Source of the DNA: Candidatus Saccharimonadota bacterium
GTDB lineage: Bacteria > Patescibacteriota > Saccharimonadia > Saccharimonadales > UBA4665
NCBI GenBank assembly: GCA_016700375.1
Contig: CP065016.1
Span: 900,001-932,000 of the forward strand
Reading direction: 5' to 3'
DNA length: 32,000 nt
A program made the translations under genes and the position numbers. Shown one piece after another: positions 8,304 to 15,922 of the stretch; the stretch's first letter is position 1; every line of letters starts with the position of its first letter. The notes beneath the pieces were generated by a model, which did not search any database, was not told where the DNA came from, and was given only the letters and a program-made list of their open reading frames with translations.

Positions 8304-9218
8304 ATGACACTGGGGAATTTGAAAAAACAAGCAAAGGACATGCTTAATCAGTATAAAGAGAAAGACACTGCAACGTACGCTGCCGCCCAACAGGCTATCG
8401 GTGGCCTGCTAGTCTTGGACGGATTAACGGGAATTGATAACCCGTTCGCCGGAAAGAAAAGGCCTGGCATATTTGGCTCGCTTGGCGGCATTTTGCTAGG
8501 CGTGGTATTTATGGTTATGCCAACGGCAATAGGGAAGATTGCGGGAACGAGTGCCATGACTGCTACCACAACTGCGACGGTCGTATCGGTTGGGATCCCG
8601 GACCAAACAAATAGTTCTGGTTCCTCAAGCTCCTCTGGGGGCTCTTCGTGTAGTATGGTTGCTTCCTACACAGTTGGGTCAAAAGAATACAGAAGCCAAT
8701 CGACCGTAAGCTCAAGTAGTAACTGTGGTCTTTCTGCTGGTGACCAAATAACTATTAACTACAATCCCGATAAGCCTGCCTCATGGGCATACGATGTGAA
8801 GACAATGGACCTGTTTTTGAAAATATTTTTCTTTGTTGGTCTTTTTGTAGTGGTTGCAAGCTTGGTTACGTTCCTCATACGGCTCTTAAGTATCATCTTT
8901 GGCTGGAAACTGCTACGGAGCGGGCGTGCCCTTGCTGTAACCTTACCGCAGGGTACTAACTTGCAAACTATAGTTGACCAGATTAAGACTGATTTTGTTG
9001 GAAAGATATTTAACTTTGGCGGAGGGCGGCAGCCGTTGTCGGCAGCGGCTGGTGTTTTGCAGGGTGCTGCACCAGCCACGCCAGTTCCGGCACCGACGCC
9101 AGCAGCCCAGCCGCCTATACAGACGGGTGAACTCGAAAAGCTAGCTGAGCTAAAGGCAAAAGGTATAATCTCAGAGGCCGATTTCGAAGCAAAAAAGAAA
9201 CAGATTCTTGGGCTCTAG
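8304..9218 (+). CDS. membrane protein with DUF3592-like loop and C-terminal SHOCT domain
   Basis: TM helices flank a Ser-rich extracytoplasmic segment (YTVGSKEYRSQ...GDQITINYNPDKP, DUF3592-like). The C-terminus ELEKLAELKAKGIISEADFEAKKKQILGL matches the SHOCT pattern. AAGGAG SD upstream. Confidence 0.65.
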   Translation: MTLGNLKKQAKDMLNQYKEKDTATYAAAQQAIGGLLVLDGLTGIDNPFAGKKRPGIFGSLGGILLGVVFMVMPTAIGKIAGTSAMTATTTATVVSVGIPDQTNSSGSSSSSGGSSCSMVASYTVGSKEYRSQSTVSSSSNCGLSAGDQITINYNPDKPASWAYDVKTMDLFLKIFFFVGLFVVVASLVTFLIRLLSIIFGWKLLRSGRALAVTLPQGTNLQTIVDQIKTDFVGKIFNFGGGRQPLSAAAGVLQGAAPATPVPAPTPAAQPPIQTGELEKLAELKAKGIISEADFEAKKKQILGL

Positions 9219-9294
9219 GGTTTTCGTTTTCTTGCAGCTTTTGTTGACCGCAGCTCGATGAGCGTATTATTGCGCTAGGGCGTACAATGGAAAA

Positions 9295-10080
9295 ATGAAC
9301 ACACTTTCTTTACCCGAACTTATTAACCTAAGCGGCAAGGTTGCGGTGGTGACGGGCGGCGCCATGGGGATTGGCGAAGCCATTGTGCGCAGGCTGCATG
9401 AGGCCGGCGCAAACGTTGTTATTGGCGACCTCGCGCAAGAGCAAATGGATATTCTTGCTGGAGAGCTCAATGCTACCCGTGCAAACTCAGCTGCGACGTG
9501 GCTATGCGATGTCAGCAAGGCTGAAGATGTTTCGGCGCTGCTACGGGTGGCTACCGATAACTTTGGCGGACTAGATATACTGGTCAATAACGCGGGCATA
9601 TACCCCATGGTACCCCTTGCAGACATGAGCGAAGAGCAGTTTAATAAAGTTATAGATGTCAACCTGAAGGGCGTGTTTCTTGGCACCAAGCAGGCGGCCG
9701 AAATCATGAAAGAGCAGGGGCGGGGAGGCAATATTATCACCGTTTGCTCTATAGATTCACTGCACCCGTCGGCCGTGGGTCTTGCTGCCTACGATGCCTC
9801 GAAGCACGGTGTGTGGGGTTTTCTGAAAAACGCTGCGCTGGAACTAGCGGAACACGGCATACGGGTAAACGGCATCGCGCCTGGCGGGGTGAGTACGCCC
9901 GGCACACACATGGGCGAAATGAACCAGGAAATGGTAACGCAGTTTACGGCCATGATACCCATGAAACGGTTTGGTGACCCAGACGAAATGGGCCGCGTGG
10001 CGCTGTTCCTCGCGAGCGACCTCAGCAGCTACCTCACTGGCTCCCTCATAGTAGCCGACGGCGGCCGCCTACTGCGGTAG
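9295..10080 (+). CDS. short-chain dehydrogenase/reductase (SDR) family oxidoreductase
   Basis: TGGAMGIG cofactor motif, NNAG, catalytic YDASKHG (YxxxK); 261 aa. Confidence 0.9.
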   Translation: MNTLSLPELINLSGKVAVVTGGAMGIGEAIVRRLHEAGANVVIGDLAQEQMDILAGELNATRANSAATWLCDVSKAEDVSALLRVATDNFGGLDILVNNAGIYPMVPLADMSEEQFNKVIDVNLKGVFLGTKQAAEIMKEQGRGGNIITVCSIDSLHPSAVGLAAYDASKHGVWGFLKNAALELAEHGIRVNGIAPGGVSTPGTHMGEMNQEMVTQFTAMIPMKRFGDPDEMGRVALFLASDLSSYLTGSLIVADGGRLLR

Positions 10081-10962
10081 CTACAAAAATAACATAATTT
10101 TCTCAGTAGTTTTTTGTATGCCAGAATGGTTTTGCTTGCCAAGGTAAAAACCGAGATTGATGATTTGAATCATATTTTGGCGTAGAGCGATTTTTTCCTC
10201 AAAATCCTTAGGGGTGTATCCGTAGGCTTGTAGCGCTGACTGGTATACGATTGGGTCATCATCTAGCTCTAGGAAATCTTTTGAGCGATCATAATAGGCG
10301 ACGTCGCCAAAATCTATAACGCCAACACCTTGCCCGGCATCGTGTAGGATATTTTCGAAATGAAAATCACCGTGACACAACACCGAATCCGAGCCCAGTA
10401 TTGCTAACTGCCGTGGCCAGGTGTGATATACCAGTTTTTCGAGTTTCGCAAGTTTCTGTGGTTCGAAAAGCTTTGCTATCCCAGTTTGATTCTCGTTATA
10501 CCAGCGTTGTATTTGAGCAGCTTCGCTTTCAGGCGATACCTCTCTCGCCCCATCGAGTTTCGAATCATGTAATAATCGCAAGAAATGCCCAATATGTTCG
10601 CCTATGATGTGCTTTTGGGAATCGGTTAGGCTTGGCAAGACAGACCCAAGCGTCTCTCCCTTGACGCCTTCGTATCCAAAGTAGGCGTAATCTTTACCAA
10701 TCCACAGCGGCTCAGGTGTACGGACATATGATGTGAGCGTACTCGCTAATTTGAGTGCCGCAAGCTCGAAAGCATAGCGTCGACGGATTTTGTTTGATCG
10801 TGGAAACTTAAAGAAATACCCATGCTGTTTGACCTCGTAAACTCGACTGTCCCAACCGGCGTCATTGAGTAAAATCCCCTCAATGCTATTAGCGCCAATC
10901 ACGTCTTGTATGATTTGCTTTTCGCGGGCGATAGTATTGGTAGATGTTTCTTGAGCAGGCAT
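10081..10962 (-). CDS. phosphotransferase enzyme family protein (APH/choline-kinase-like small-molecule kinase)
   Basis: Brenner-type motif LCHGDFHFENIL and VIDFGDV metal-binding motif; 293 aa. Its stop codon abuts the SDR stop codon. Confidence 0.8.
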   Translation of the reverse strand: MPAQETSTNTIAREKQIIQDVIGANSIEGILLNDAGWDSRVYEVKQHGYFFKFPRSNKIRRRYAFELAALKLASTLTSYVRTPEPLWIGKDYAYFGYEGVKGETLGSVLPSLTDSQKHIIGEHIGHFLRLLHDSKLDGAREVSPESEAAQIQRWYNENQTGIAKLFEPQKLAKLEKLVYHTWPRQLAILGSDSVLCHGDFHFENILHDAGQGVGVIDFGDVAYYDRSKDFLELDDDPIVYQSALQAYGYTPKDFEEKIALRQNMIQIINLGFYLGKQNHSGIQKTTEKIMLFL

Positions 10963-11002
10963 GGGATCATAATACCAGACCGCTTTTAATGTGGCGAAAA
11001 TC

Positions 11003-11031
11003 TGGAAATCTGCGGTTCAATCTGTTACAAT
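11003..11031 (+). promoter_or_regulatory. promoter of the tRNA transcript
   Basis: TGGAAA (11003-11008), 17-nt spacer with TGt, TACAAT (11026-11031). The predicted start near 11038 is ~136 nt before the mature tRNA 5' end. Confidence 0.5.
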
Positions 11032-11173
11032 CCCCTCTGTTCTCTTGAAGCTGTATAAAATCCTAAGCCAAGGAGCGTAGGCGACTGAATAGGATTTTAA
11101 GAGGAGACGCATTGGCAAAGACCGAAGCTTTTGGCGAACAGCCGAAACGAGGTATAGCCGGCAGCTTCGACGA

Positions 11174-11250
11174 GGCACCATAGCTCAGCTGGTTAGAGCG
11201 CAGGACTCATAAGCCTGAGGTCGGTGGTTCGAGCCCACCTGGTGCTACCA
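11174..11250 (+). tRNA. tRNA with CAU anticodon (elongator Met or lysidine-dependent Ile2; not initiator)
   Basis: 77-nt cloverleaf traced by hand: acceptor GGCACCA/TGGTGCT, D arm GCTC/GAGC, anticodon loop CTCATAA (CAT at 11208-11210), T arm GGTGG-TTCGAGC-CCACC, encoded CCA. It lacks the three G:C pairs and the 1:72 mismatch of initiators. The 31:39 position is an A/G mismatch. Confidence 0.9.
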
Positions 11251-11261
11251 AAATAGGATTC

Positions 11262-11284
11262 ATAGCCTCTTCGGAGGCTATTTT
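11262..11284 (+). terminator. intrinsic terminator after the tRNA
   Basis: ATAGCCTC-TTCG-GAGGCTAT hairpin followed by TTT(T). Confidence 0.65.
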
Positions 11285-11356
11285 CAAAGTCTTCATATCG
11301 GGTTTATATAGTGAGGTGAAGTCGACGGATGAGAAATAGCGATCCCGGGTGAAATG

Positions 11357-12121
11357 TCAGGAATAGTTCTTCAGGGCGAGGTGGGTGGCGGCGGCGAGGC
11401 CGATGACGATGACCGCTATGCGCAGCCAGTAGGAAGATACCCTTTTCGCGGCGCGCGCACCAAGATAGCCGCCAATGGTGGTTCCTACGGCCATGACTAT
11501 GCCAATATGCCAGTCGACCAATCCGGTTGAATACAAGACGGCAATAGATATCAGGGAAACCAGTATGGCCGACACGTTTTTCATGGCGGCAAGCATGTGA
11601 ACTTCGTGAATTTTGCCGAGCCCCAAAAACGCCAGCATAATGAATCCGTAGCCTGCCCCAAAGAATCCACCGTAAAACGTAATAGGCAGCAAGGCAACCC
11701 CTATGAGCAAAATTGGTAGCAAGTTTTTTCGGCGGCCGTGTAGGTGGCTGTGCAGGTGAAAATGCAGCGAAGGCTGAAAAGCAAATAGCGCAACACCAAA
11801 AAGAATGAGTAGGGGAACCATTTTGGCAAAGTCGTTACTGGGCATGGCACGCAGTGTTAGCGCTCCGGCAAGCGCCCCGACTGCCACAAACGGCAAAATA
11901 AGAATGTACCGCTTGGGCACTTTTCGCAAAAAATTACGATAAGCAAATACGGCAGCAAGCTGACCGGGAGGTGTAATGATGTTTGCCGTAACATTGGCCA
12001 CCAGGGGCGGCACGCCCAAACTTAGTAGCACCGGAAAGCCTATGAGCATACCGCCGCCGGCGATTGCATTCATGGCGCCTACAACCATGCCCACGACTAA
12101 TATGATGATATCTTTTTCCAT
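11357..12121 (-). CDS. TauE/SafE family sulfite/anion exporter
   Basis: 254-aa polytopic membrane protein with Gly-rich helices typical of the TauE/SafE (DUF81) family; TGcTATACT extended -10 at 12144-12152 on the minus strand. Confidence 0.8.
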   Translation of the reverse strand: MEKDIIILVVGMVVGAMNAIAGGGMLIGFPVLLSLGVPPLVANVTANIITPPGQLAAVFAYRNFLRKVPKRYILILPFVAVGALAGALTLRAMPSNDFAKMVPLLILFGVALFAFQPSLHFHLHSHLHGRRKNLLPILLIGVALLPITFYGGFFGAGYGFIMLAFLGLGKIHEVHMLAAMKNVSAILVSLISIAVLYSTGLVDWHIGIVMAVGTTIGGYLGARAAKRVSSYWLRIAVIVIGLAAATHLALKNYS

Positions 12122-12175
12122 TTTTGGTTTCGCTTGTGCTATTAGTATAGCACTGGCCGACAGAACGGGCTAGAT

Positions 12176-13261
12176 TCTAAGTTCTCGTAAGAATCCGAAC
12201 ACTACCAGAAAGGTAGAATGTTCAGATGGGAGCAAAGAAGTTAACGCCAGAAGACCGTGATGAGATTGCCCGGTTACACAGCAGGGGTTGCGGCGTACGC
12301 GAAATAGCCAGACAAGTACGCCGCTCACCCTCAACCGTCAGCCATGAGCTGGAAGCCGGTAGTTGGCATGATTCTAATGTGCACGCCGTAACCTATGTTG
12401 CCATCCATGCGCAGTCTCTGCGCAACAAACGCGCTAAACGCAGCGGCAAGCAACCAAAGCTCACCTTGCCAAAATATGCTGGGTTACGCGCCTACGTTGA
12501 ACAGCACATTCGTGATGGCTGGAGTCCGGAACAAATTGCCGGCAGGCTACCCATTGACTATCCGCATACCCCTGCCATGCGGCTTGGCCATGAGGCGATA
12601 TACCGGTACCTCTACGCACCTGAGCAAGTCGAGCTGAAGCTTTGGGAGTATCTCCCGAGAAAGCAGAAGAAGCGGCGTAGACGCCCAGGCAGACGTGTCC
12701 ATAAGAGCCACATACCAGATAGAGTGAGCATCCATAAGCGGCCAAAGGCAGTAGCCAAGCGTAAACAGTTCGGTCACTACGAGGGCGACAGCGTGGAGGG
12801 CAAACAATCGGTCGGCGATGGCATCCACACGGAAGTCGAACGAGTCTCCGGCAAGTTGTTCGCCCGTAAGGTCGCGCGAATTACGAGCGCCGATACCGTG
12901 GCGGCTCAGCTCGCCATATTCAAGGCCCTACCGGCACGAGCGAGGCGGACGACCACCTTGGATAATGGCCGCGAGAACCATCAACATGCGGTACTCAAAG
13001 CGCAGCTGCATATACAGGCCTATTTTGCCGACCCATACAGCTCCTGGCAACGCGGCTGCAATGAGAATGCGAATGGCTTACTCAGACGCTACCTGCCAAA
13101 GCGAACTGACTTCACCGCGCTAAGCCAGGCAGACTTGAATGACATCGTAGAAGAAATTAATAACCGACCACGGAAACGATTGGACTACAAAACACCGAAT
13201 GAGGTATTCTCAAGTGAGATTAAAAAGCTACGGGGTGTTCGGATTCGAATGAGAATGTAGG
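12176..13261 (+). mobile_element. IS30-family insertion sequence (1086 bp) with 3-bp target duplication GAT
   Basis: Imperfect terminal inverted repeats (12177-12202 CTAAGTTCTCGTAAGAATCCGAACAC versus the reverse complement of 13235-13260); direct repeat GAT at 12173-12175 and 13262-13264; single transposase ORF whose stop lies in the right IR. Confidence 0.85.
12226..13260 (+). CDS. IS30 family transposase
   Basis: N-terminal HTH (GCGVREIARQVRRSPSTVSHEL), HEAIYRYLY, DDE core with DNGRENHQH and SWQRGCNENANGLLRRYLPKRTDF. Confidence 0.9.
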   Translation: MGAKKLTPEDRDEIARLHSRGCGVREIARQVRRSPSTVSHELEAGSWHDSNVHAVTYVAIHAQSLRNKRAKRSGKQPKLTLPKYAGLRAYVEQHIRDGWSPEQIAGRLPIDYPHTPAMRLGHEAIYRYLYAPEQVELKLWEYLPRKQKKRRRRPGRRVHKSHIPDRVSIHKRPKAVAKRKQFGHYEGDSVEGKQSVGDGIHTEVERVSGKLFARKVARITSADTVAAQLAIFKALPARARRTTTLDNGRENHQHAVLKAQLHIQAYFADPYSSWQRGCNENANGLLRRYLPKRTDFTALSQADLNDIVEEINNRPRKRLDYKTPNEVFSSEIKKLRGVRIRMRM

Positions 13262-13771
13262 GATGAAGCGAATTACCTCGGCGTTTGGTATACCATCTAC
13301 GTCTTGAAACGTTTGCTCACCCTGTATGGCTGCTTGCAGGGCAAGCCCAAATGTACCATGACTGGCTATGAGAATATTTTCGTACGGAAGCGAGCTCACA
13401 AACGTCAGTGTTTCATGGGCGCGTGCGAGTACAGCAGCGAGCGTTTCCACGCCGTCAAGGTCATCTATATGCGATTCGGTATCCCACGGGGTACCTTCCA
13501 ATTCACCGTACGTCCGCTCTATTACTAGTGGGTTCAAGATAATCGTATCTGCCGGAAAGCCGATTTCTTGCGCCACAATATGTGCTGTTTCATGCGCCCG
13601 GCTCAGAGGAGATGACACAATGCAATCTATGGCGAGGCCATGGGCATTTTTTCCTGCCGCCCTTGCCTGCGATCGTCCTTTTGCCGTCAGAGGCGTGTCG
13701 GTGTGGCCTGCTAATATTTTTTGCTTGTTCAGCTCACTCTGTCCGTGGCGTATAAAGTAGAGTCGTTTCAT
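13220..13771 (-). CDS. histidine phosphatase (phosphoglycerate mutase-like) family protein whose C-terminus now reads into the IS30 end
   Basis: RHGQSE catalytic motif right after Met at 13771; second catalytic His in LIASHGT. The start overlaps the upstream ORF stop (ATGA). The last 13 codons (13220-13261) are IS30 sequence. Confidence 0.8.
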   Translation of the reverse strand: MKRLYFIRHGQSELNKQKILAGHTDTPLTAKGRSQARAAGKNAHGLAIDCIVSSPLSRAHETAHIVAQEIGFPADTIILNPLVIERTYGELEGTPWDTESHIDDLDGVETLAAVLARAHETLTFVSSLPYENILIASHGTFGLALQAAIQGEQTFQDVDGIPNAEVIRFIPTFSFESEHPVAF

Positions 13772-14028
13772 TTTCCTTGCCCTTTCCAGAGTATCTTTAT
13801 ATAACTCAGAGTTAAGGTAGATAGCCCAAACCCCAAAACAGGAACTAGCGCATTCAGCCACGGACTCACGTGAATGACGAAATGCAAGTAGGCAACCACA
13901 CACAGGTAGGTCAGTAGCATAATGGCACCGCGTCGCACCCAGCTGGTTTCCCATGCCTTCTCTGCCTCAACTTTCTTGTTTCTGGCCTCGAGTGCTGCAA
14001 CTCGTGCTTCCAGTGATGTATCTTTCAC
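13768..14028 (-). CDS. small two-TM membrane protein with N-terminal coiled-coil segment
   Basis: 86-aa ORF with a GTG start, translationally coupled (ATGA) to the phosphatase gene; two hydrophobic helices; no family recognised. Confidence 0.5.
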   Translation of the reverse strand: MKDTSLEARVAALEARNKKVEAEKAWETSWVRRGAIMLLTYLCVVAYLHFVIHVSPWLNALVPVLGFGLSTLTLSYIKILWKGQGK

Positions 14029-14030
14029 GC

Positions 14031-14041
14031 GTATAATTATA
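14031..14041. promoter_or_regulatory. palindromic bidirectional -10 element GTATAATTATA
   Basis: TATAAT reads on both strands (14032-14037 plus, 14036-14041 minus). It lies 8 nt before the tilS ATG and 7 nt before the GTG of the divergent 86-aa ORF. The whole intergenic gap is 17 bp. Confidence 0.55.
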
Positions 14042-14045
14042 GTAT

Positions 14046-14972
14046 ATGGAAATTACTTTGCCGGGTGGGCGGTATGTGGTGGCGGTAAGCGGGGGAGTGG
14101 ACTCGGTGGTGCTTTTGCATATGTTGGCAGGGCAAAGGGCAAAGGACAAAAGGCAAAGTAGAACAAATTCAGCCCTCAGCCCTCAGCCCTCAGCCCTAAT
14201 TATTGCGCACTTCGACCATGGCATTCGGCCCGACTCTGTCGAGGACCGAAAGCTGGTACAAAAACTGGCCAAACAGTACGGGCTGTCTTTCGTGTATGAC
14301 CGAGCGGAGTTGGGAGCGGGAGCGAGTGAGGCGACTGCCCGGGAAGCACGTTATGCGTTTCTTGCAAAAGTAAAGCAGGCGACAGGCGCCGATGCCATCA
14401 TCACGGCCCACCACGAGGACGATGTGCTAGAAACCATCATCATCAACTGGCTACGCGGAACAAAAAGCAGAGGGCTCAGCTCGCTACGGTCAAGTCAGCT
14501 TGTGCGGCGGCCGCTATTAGGTATGACAAAAAAACAGATTCGGGCTTATGCACATTCGCACAATTTGGCGTGGCGCGAAGACAGCACAAACGCCGACGAA
14601 ACATACTTACGCAACTACATTCGCAAGCATGTCGTGACAAAACTAGACGAAAAAGCCCGCGCAAAACTGCTGGAACACAGTGCAAAGGCGGCCGAACTGA
14701 ACGATGCTATTACGGGCCTTGTGGGAGAATACTTGCAGCGGCATACCACGCCCCAGAGTATTGACCGTTTGGCGTACCGGGAACTACCAAAAGAAGTGGC
14801 CAGGGAAGTTCTGGCAGAATGGCTGCGCCGAAACACGTCCATTGGAGTGACAACCAAACTTATCCTACGACTCGACACTGCCGTCCGCACCGGCCGAAAC
14901 GGTTCACAGGTAGATATAGCCAAAGGAAATTCGCTGCACCTAGAGCGTAGCGATGCCCTCCTTCAAAATTGA
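14046..14972 (+). CDS. tilS: tRNA(Ile)-lysidine synthetase, short form
   Basis: PP-loop VAVSGGVDSVVLLHML, HFDHGIR, ITAHHEDDVLETIIINWLRG, RPLLGMTKKQI; 308 aa, without the long C-terminal domains of the E. coli enzyme. Confidence 0.85.
   Translation: MEITLPGGRYVVAVSGGVDSVVLLHMLAGQRAKDKRQSRTNSALSPQPSALIIAHFDHGIRPDSVEDRKLVQKLAKQYGLSFVYDRAELGAGASEATAREARYAFLAKVKQATGADAIITAHHEDDVLETIIINWLRGTKSRGLSSLRSSQLVRRPLLGMTKKQIRAYAHSHNLAWREDSTNADETYLRNYIRKHVVTKLDEKARAKLLEHSAKAAELNDAITGLVGEYLQRHTTPQSIDRLAYRELPKEVAREVLAEWLRRNTSIGVTTKLILRLDTAVRTGRNGSQVDIAKGNSLHLERSDALLQN
14131..14158 (+). repeat. heptanucleotide tandem repeat (GGCAAAG)x4 inside tilS
   Basis: Units at 14131, 14138, 14145 (GACAAAA variant) and 14152. 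Confidence 0.9.
14170..14197 (+). repeat. perfect heptanucleotide tandem repeat (CAGCCCT)x4 inside tilS
   Basis: Four identical units at 14170, 14177, 14184 and 14191. Confidence 0.95.
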
Positions 14973-14999
14973 GTGTAATGATTTGCCCCTATAGTCTCG

Positions 15000-15033
15000 C
15001 CACACTTTTTACTCGGCCGACTAATAAGTGTGG
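15000..15033 (+). terminator. possible tilS terminator hairpin (no clear U-run)
   Basis: CCACACTT (15000-15007) pairs with AAGTGTGG (15026-15033); the inner loop contains a CGGCCG palindrome. Confidence 0.3.
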
Positions 15034-15064
15034 AAAATTAGCGTGATATTGCGGAGTATGCTAA

Positions 15065-15093
15065 TTGCAAACCAAGCATAAGCGGTGCATACT
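15065..15093 (+). promoter_or_regulatory. promoter of the ABC transporter operon
   Basis: TTGCAA (15065-15070), 17-nt spacer, CATACT (15088-15093), 7 nt before ATG 15101. Confidence 0.5.
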
Positions 15094-15100
15094 AGAATAA

Positions 15101-15922
15101 ATGGCGGGCCGAGACAATACAGAAGAAAAACGCTTGTATGCAACGCAACTCCTCAAGGCTTGCGACGGGGACGCGCAGACTGCGCTTCAGGAGCTCAAGT
15201 TAGCGGCTAAAACCATTCGTGAGTCTAAATCATATACTCCCAAAAATAGCGAAGTTGTCGTTCATGTTGAAAATGTGAGTAAAACGTACAAAGTGGGCAA
15301 AACATCGGTTGAGGCACTCAAAGACGTGACCGTGCAGGTACACAAGGGCGAATTTGTTGCCATTACAGGCACGAGCGGCAGCGGCAAAAGCACCCTGCTT
15401 CAACTCATCGGCGGGCTCGACAAACCATCGACCGGGGCTATCACCGTGCATAGCCAAGACCTCCAAAAATTACGCGATGGGAAGCTATCGCGCTTCCGCA
15501 ACCGCACCATTGGTTTTGTGTTCCAGTTCTTTTACTTGCAACCGTTTTTGCGGCTGCAAACCAACATAGAAGTTCCGGCTATGTTCGCCCGCACCAAGCG
15601 TGCAGTCCGTGCCGAAAAAAGCAAGGAAACCGCCGAAACGGTTGGTCTTGCTGACCGTTTGCGCCACTACCCACGTGAACTGTCTGGCGGGCAAATGCAG
15701 CGAGCGGCCATAGCGCGTGCACTACAGAATAACCCAGAGATTTTGCTCGCAGATGAACCGACCGGTAACCTCGATAGCTCAAATGCGACCGCCATCTTCG
15801 AGCTCTTTCAGCGGATTCGTGATGAGCGCGGTGCGACCATTGTGGTCGTCACGCACGACCTAGCGCTTGCCGCTATGGCAGATCGCGCAATTCACATGAG
15901 CGACGGGGGAATTGTGGCATGA
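15101..15922 (+). CDS. ABC transporter ATP-binding protein (MacB/LolD-type) with ~50-aa N-terminal extension
   Basis: Walker A GTSGSGKST, Q-loop, signature LSGGQMQR, Walker B ILLADEPT, H-loop VTHD. Confidence 0.9.
   Translation: MAGRDNTEEKRLYATQLLKACDGDAQTALQELKLAAKTIRESKSYTPKNSEVVVHVENVSKTYKVGKTSVEALKDVTVQVHKGEFVAITGTSGSGKSTLLQLIGGLDKPSTGAITVHSQDLQKLRDGKLSRFRNRTIGFVFQFFYLQPFLRLQTNIEVPAMFARTKRAVRAEKSKETAETVGLADRLRHYPRELSGGQMQRAAIARALQNNPEILLADEPTGNLDSSNATAIFELFQRIRDERGATIVVVTHDLALAAMADRAIHMSDGGIVA

Noticed and set aside
11174-11250. The tRNA(CAU) as initiator tRNA-fMet
   Set aside because: Position 1:72 is paired (G:U), and the anticodon stem lacks the three consecutive G:C pairs characteristic of bacterial initiators.
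13772-13954. N-terminal 61 codons of the 244-aa ORF 13220..13954 in the track
   Set aside because: The histidine phosphatase fold starts with the RHG motif right after Met 13771. The upstream extension overlaps the 86-aa ORF (13768-14028) in another frame, and ATG 13771 forms an ATGA coupling with that ORF's stop. The extension is read-through of an open frame, not coding.
14131-14197. CRISPR array or other spaced-repeat system anywhere in the window
   Set aside because: The only tandem repeats are 7-nt units without spacers (tilS arrays, 29617-29630, 30062-30096). No 25-40-nt direct repeats with unique spacers were seen on either strand.
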